DNA of 64,000 nt from Longimicrobiales bacterium (lineage in GTDB: Bacteria > Gemmatimonadota > Gemmatimonadetes > Longimicrobiales > Gaopeijiaceae), in contig CBDCNQ010000004.1 in the NCBI GenBank assembly GCA_965219445.1, forward strand, positions 352,001 to 416,000. Direction: 5' to 3'. This document shows, in pieces, positions 60,839-64,000 of the stretch; position 1 is the first letter of the stretch, and each line of letters begins with the position of its first letter. The translations under genes were made by a program, and so were the position numbers. The notes below the pieces were generated by a model. The model had not been told where the DNA came from, made no database searches, and saw only the letters and a list, made by a program, of their open reading frames with translations.

Positions 60839-60891
60839 GTCACTGTAAGGAGGTCACGGATCCTCGCTCAACCGACCTCATGGACTCTCCT

Positions 60892-62259
60892 TCACAAAAC
60901 GACGGTGGCGAGTCCAAGGAGCAGGAGAAAGCCCGTCAGATCGGTGAGTGCCGTCAAGAACACGGTGGAGGCGACCGCCGGATCCTGTCCCCGTCGATCG
61001 AGGAACGTGGGGATGAAGGAACCGGCGAATCCGGCCATCGCGATGTTCCCCCACATGGCGAACAGCACGACCAGGCCAAGCCGTGCGTCCACGCCCATCG
61101 CAAAAGCGAGCATCGCAGCGGCCCCCGCGACGAGTACGCCGATGGCTCCCCCGTTGAATGACGCCACCAGGATTTCCTTGCCCACGACCCGTCCGCGAGC
61201 CTCGAGTGGGCCGGCCGATGTAGCGAGCCGCCTCACGGTCACGGCGAGCGCCTGCTGGCCGGCATTTCCTCCGAGGCCAGCCACCACGGGCATGACCACT
61301 GCCAGAAGGGTCGCCGCGGCAATTTCACTCCGGAACCACCACACCACACCGGCGGCGAGGCTCGCCGTCATCGTGTTGAGGAGGAGCCACGGGAGCCGGG
61401 CGCGGACCGCCTCGACCGGGCTACCACGTAGCTCCTCGGCCTCCGAAACACCGGAGAAGAGGAGAAGGTCTTCCGTGGTCTCAGCCTCGATGACATCGAT
61501 GACATCGTCGAAGGTGATGCGCCCCAGCAGGACCCCGTTTTCCGAAACGACCGGGATGGACGCCAGGTTGTAGCGAGCGATCATGTGCCCAACCTGCTCC
61601 TGGTCCGCCTCCGGGACCACGGACGTGACCGTCGGCTCGACCAGGTCCCGGATGCGGTGCCCGGTATCGGATAGGATCAGGTCGTCCAACGGCACGGTGC
61701 CGAGCAGCTTGGTATCATCATCGACAACGAATACGGTGTAGAAGTCCTCCACCTCCCTCCCCTGCACACGCACCGCGTCAATCGCCTCACCCGCCGTAAT
61801 ATGGCCGAGCACCGACACGAGAGCGGTGGTCATGATCCCTCCGGCCGTATCCTCGTCGTACTGAAGAAGGTCGCGGATGTCACCCGCTTCCTCCTTGGGT
61901 AATTCGGCGAGAAGCCGATCTTGCGCCTCCGGCGCGAGCTCGCTGAGCAGGTCCGTGGCGTCGTCGTCCGACAGCTCGTGAAGGAGCTCCGCGCCCTCGG
62001 CGGGAGCCAGGGCGGTCAGGAGCTCGGCCCGGACCTCGCGTTCTGCCATCTCGGCGAGTGTTTCTGAAGCCAGGTCGGTCGGGAGCGCACGAACCAAGGC
62101 CAGACGAAGCTCGTCACCGAGCGATTCCACCACGTCTGCGATGTCCGAGGGGTGAAGCTCCTCAAGCGTCGCCTCGAGTTCAGAAACGTCGCCTTCGCGG
62201 ATGAGTACGGCGATCCGCCCCTGAAGAACCAGGGATTCGTCGTTGTGGCTGGTGGTCAT
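60892..62259 (-). CDS. mgtE: magnesium transporter MgtE
   Basis: CBS pair, RLPWL, GGNAGQQ, DPA, TALTD. Confidence 0.95.
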   Translation of the reverse strand: MTTSHNDESLVLQGRIAVLIREGDVSELEATLEELHPSDIADVVESLGDELRLALVRALPTDLASETLAEMAEREVRAELLTALAPAEGAELLHELSDDDATDLLSELAPEAQDRLLAELPKEEAGDIRDLLQYDEDTAGGIMTTALVSVLGHITAGEAIDAVRVQGREVEDFYTVFVVDDDTKLLGTVPLDDLILSDTGHRIRDLVEPTVTSVVPEADQEQVGHMIARYNLASIPVVSENGVLLGRITFDDVIDVIEAETTEDLLLFSGVSEAEELRGSPVEAVRARLPWLLLNTMTASLAAGVVWWFRSEIAAATLLAVVMPVVAGLGGNAGQQALAVTVRRLATSAGPLEARGRVVGKEILVASFNGGAIGVLVAGAAAMLAFAMGVDARLGLVVLFAMWGNIAMAGFAGSFIPTFLDRRGQDPAVASTVFLTALTDLTGFLLLLGLATVVL

Positions 62260-62278
62260 GCCCCGGAGAGTGGCGTCT

Positions 62279-62710
62279 TCAGATCGCTTCGTCCAGTAGC
62301 TTCCGGACCAAATGCTCCTGAAGGACGAACATCTGGCTCGAAGCGCGGCCCTCCGTATCCGGATGGTCGTACCCGAGAACGTGCAGGGTGCCGTGGATCG
62401 AAAGTCGGGCCAACTCTTCTTCTACGGAGATTCCGGCCTCTACCGCCTGGATCGCGGCCTGTTGGTAACCGACGTAGACGTCCCCCAGCACCGCCTCATC
62501 TCCCTCATAAAGAGCGAAAGAAATGACGTCGGTGGGGGCGTCCTTGTCCAAGTGGGTGCGGTTCAACTCCCGGATGGAGTGATCATCCAAGAGCGTCAGG
62601 GAAATCTCCGCCTCAACGAGCCCTGCGGTCCGCAGGACCAGAGAGACCGCTGAGCGCAGCCAGTCCTTCGACACGCCGGCAGAGGACTCTCCGGAGATCT
62701 GGATTTCCAA
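62279..62710 (-). CDS. ybeY: rRNA maturation RNase YbeY
   Basis: PTDVISF, HGTLHVLGYDH. Confidence 0.95.
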   Translation of the reverse strand: MEIQISGESSAGVSKDWLRSAVSLVLRTAGLVEAEISLTLLDDHSIRELNRTHLDKDAPTDVISFALYEGDEAVLGDVYVGYQQAAIQAVEAGISVEEELARLSIHGTLHVLGYDHPDTEGRASSQMFVLQEHLVRKLLDEAI

Positions 62711-62715
62711 CGAGA

Positions 62716-64000
62716 CTAGGACCGACTTACGTCGCCGAGTTCCATCTGCTCGCTGACGCCGCGGGCTCCCTCTTCGTCGGATCTGCTGGAGTCCTCCGAC
62801 ACGCCACTCCCCACGGAAACCTGTTCCGCCTCCGAACCGGATTCTTCCTTCGAAGCATCTTCAGGAGCGTCGGTCAAGTGTTTGGTCGTGGGGTAGTCGA
62901 TGCGGTGGTGATAAATGCCACTCAATACCTTCACGAAGGTGTCTTTGAGGGCAGTGATTTCACGCATCGTCAACGGCGCTTGGTCGAGTTGGCCGTCCTG
63001 CTGTTTACTCCCGATGATCCCCTCCACGAGATCACGGACTCGCTCGGGCGTCGGCTCCTGTAGCACGCGTGTGGCTGACTCGATCGAGTCCGCCATCATT
63101 GCGACGGCGGTCTCCTTCGACTGTGGCTTCGGCCCGGGATATCGGTAATCCGCTTCATCGACATTCTCCTCCCCAAGTTGCTCTTGTGCCCGGCTATAGA
63201 AGAAGGCGATGAGCTGAGTCCCGTGATGCTCGGAGATGAACCGTTGAATGACCTCGGGGAGCCCCGCTTCTTTCCCGAGCCGGAGCCCTTCGACAACATG
63301 CTCGATCAGGATGGCAGAAGACGTATCAGGTTGCAGCTTGTCGTGGGGATTTCTGCCCTCGACCTGGTTCTCCACGAAGTAATGGGGCTTGAGCACCTTA
63401 CCCACGTCGTGGTAGTACAGACCCACCCGGCAAAGCAATCCGTGAGCGCCGACGGCGTTGGCGGCCAGCTCCGCAAGGTTGGCGACGTTGATCGTGTGCG
63501 CGTACGTGCCCGGGGCTTCAAGGGAGAGGCGACGAAGGAGTGGTGCGTTCGGATCCGCCCATTCCAGAAGTGTCTGGTCCGTCGTGATCCCGGTGAACCA
63601 CTCGAACACTGGAATGAAGCCCATGGCGACGATCGCGCTCAGTGCCGCGTTCGAGCCGGCCCAGGCCATCGAGATGGCGAAGTCCGCTGCAGATCGCTCC
63701 CCCACCAAGCTCAGGGCCAAGAGCGTTACCGCATAGGCCCCCGCGATGATCGCCACGAACACCCACGTCTGTGCCCTACGACGGACAACCCTGACGCTCA
63801 TGGCCGCCGCCGCACCACCCATCATCACCGGAAACAGAACGTCCGTGTCGGCGAACGCGGGCTGCGCGACCGTTAGGCCCGCCAAGACAAGCCCCATCAC
63901 CAAGGCGATCCTGGAATCCCAAAGAACCGCCATCGCCAGCACGACGAAGGCTATCGGTAATCCTTCGGGCGCCAGACCGTTGGATGCGATGACCCGAGCC
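62716..64000 (-). CDS. 7TM-HDIG phosphohydrolase (PgpH-like), partial at the window end
   Basis: TM helices, APGTYAH, YYHDVGK, YFVENQ, EHHGT, YPGPKP, MADS. Confidence 0.9.
   Translation of the reverse strand, partial: ARVIASNGLAPEGLPIAFVVLAMAVLWDSRIALVMGLVLAGLTVAQPAFADTDVLFPVMMGGAAAAMSVRVVRRRAQTWVFVAIIAGAYAVTLLALSLVGERSAADFAISMAWAGSNAALSAIVAMGFIPVFEWFTGITTDQTLLEWADPNAPLLRRLSLEAPGTYAHTINVANLAELAANAVGAHGLLCRVGLYYHDVGKVLKPHYFVENQVEGRNPHDKLQPDTSSAILIEHVVEGLRLGKEAGLPEVIQRFISEHHGTQLIAFFYSRAQEQLGEENVDEADYRYPGPKPQSKETAVAMMADSIESATRVLQEPTPERVRDLVEGIIGSKQQDGQLDQAPLTMREITALKDTFVKVLSGIYHHRIDYPTTKHLTDAPEDASKEESGSEAEQVSVGSGVSEDSSRSDEEGARGVSEQMELGDVSRS

Noticed and set aside
59990..61573. 527-aa plus-strand ORF
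   Set aside because: Antisense to the UbiB-family kinase and mgtE; shadow ORF.

Overview
GC-rich bacterial chromosome segment. Gene content (floA/nfeD, acnA, gltA, split methylmalonyl-CoA mutase with meaB, rplU-rpmA, rne, plug-like lipoprotein, DUF481 barrels) suggests Gemmatimonadota; this is an inference. Bases 1-22.3 kb are an exopolysaccharide locus with XrtA/PEP-CTERM-type genes (VanZ, GlpD-like oxidase, carbamoyltransferase, deacetylase, FemAB-like protein, GT4, GT2, priming transferase, Wzc, SLBB export protein). Unusually, it also contains comA-comB (phosphosulfolactate synthase and phosphatase) and an ATP-grasp remnant. The locus sigma-54 activator is split by an IS256 with an 8-bp TSD. 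An IS110/IS1111-type element sits inside a terminal inverted repeat of that IS256. Its 3' non-coding end contains a readable bridge/seek-type RNA: guide segments match both arms of the IS256 IR target and of the element's own circle junction, and a -35/17 bp/-10 promoter forms on circularisation. The rest of the window is mostly housekeeping genes, plus several pseudogenes, tRNA-Leu(CAA) with a probable small relic island, and a 6S-like RNA candidate. All calls come from motif recognition and manual reading; no database searches were run.
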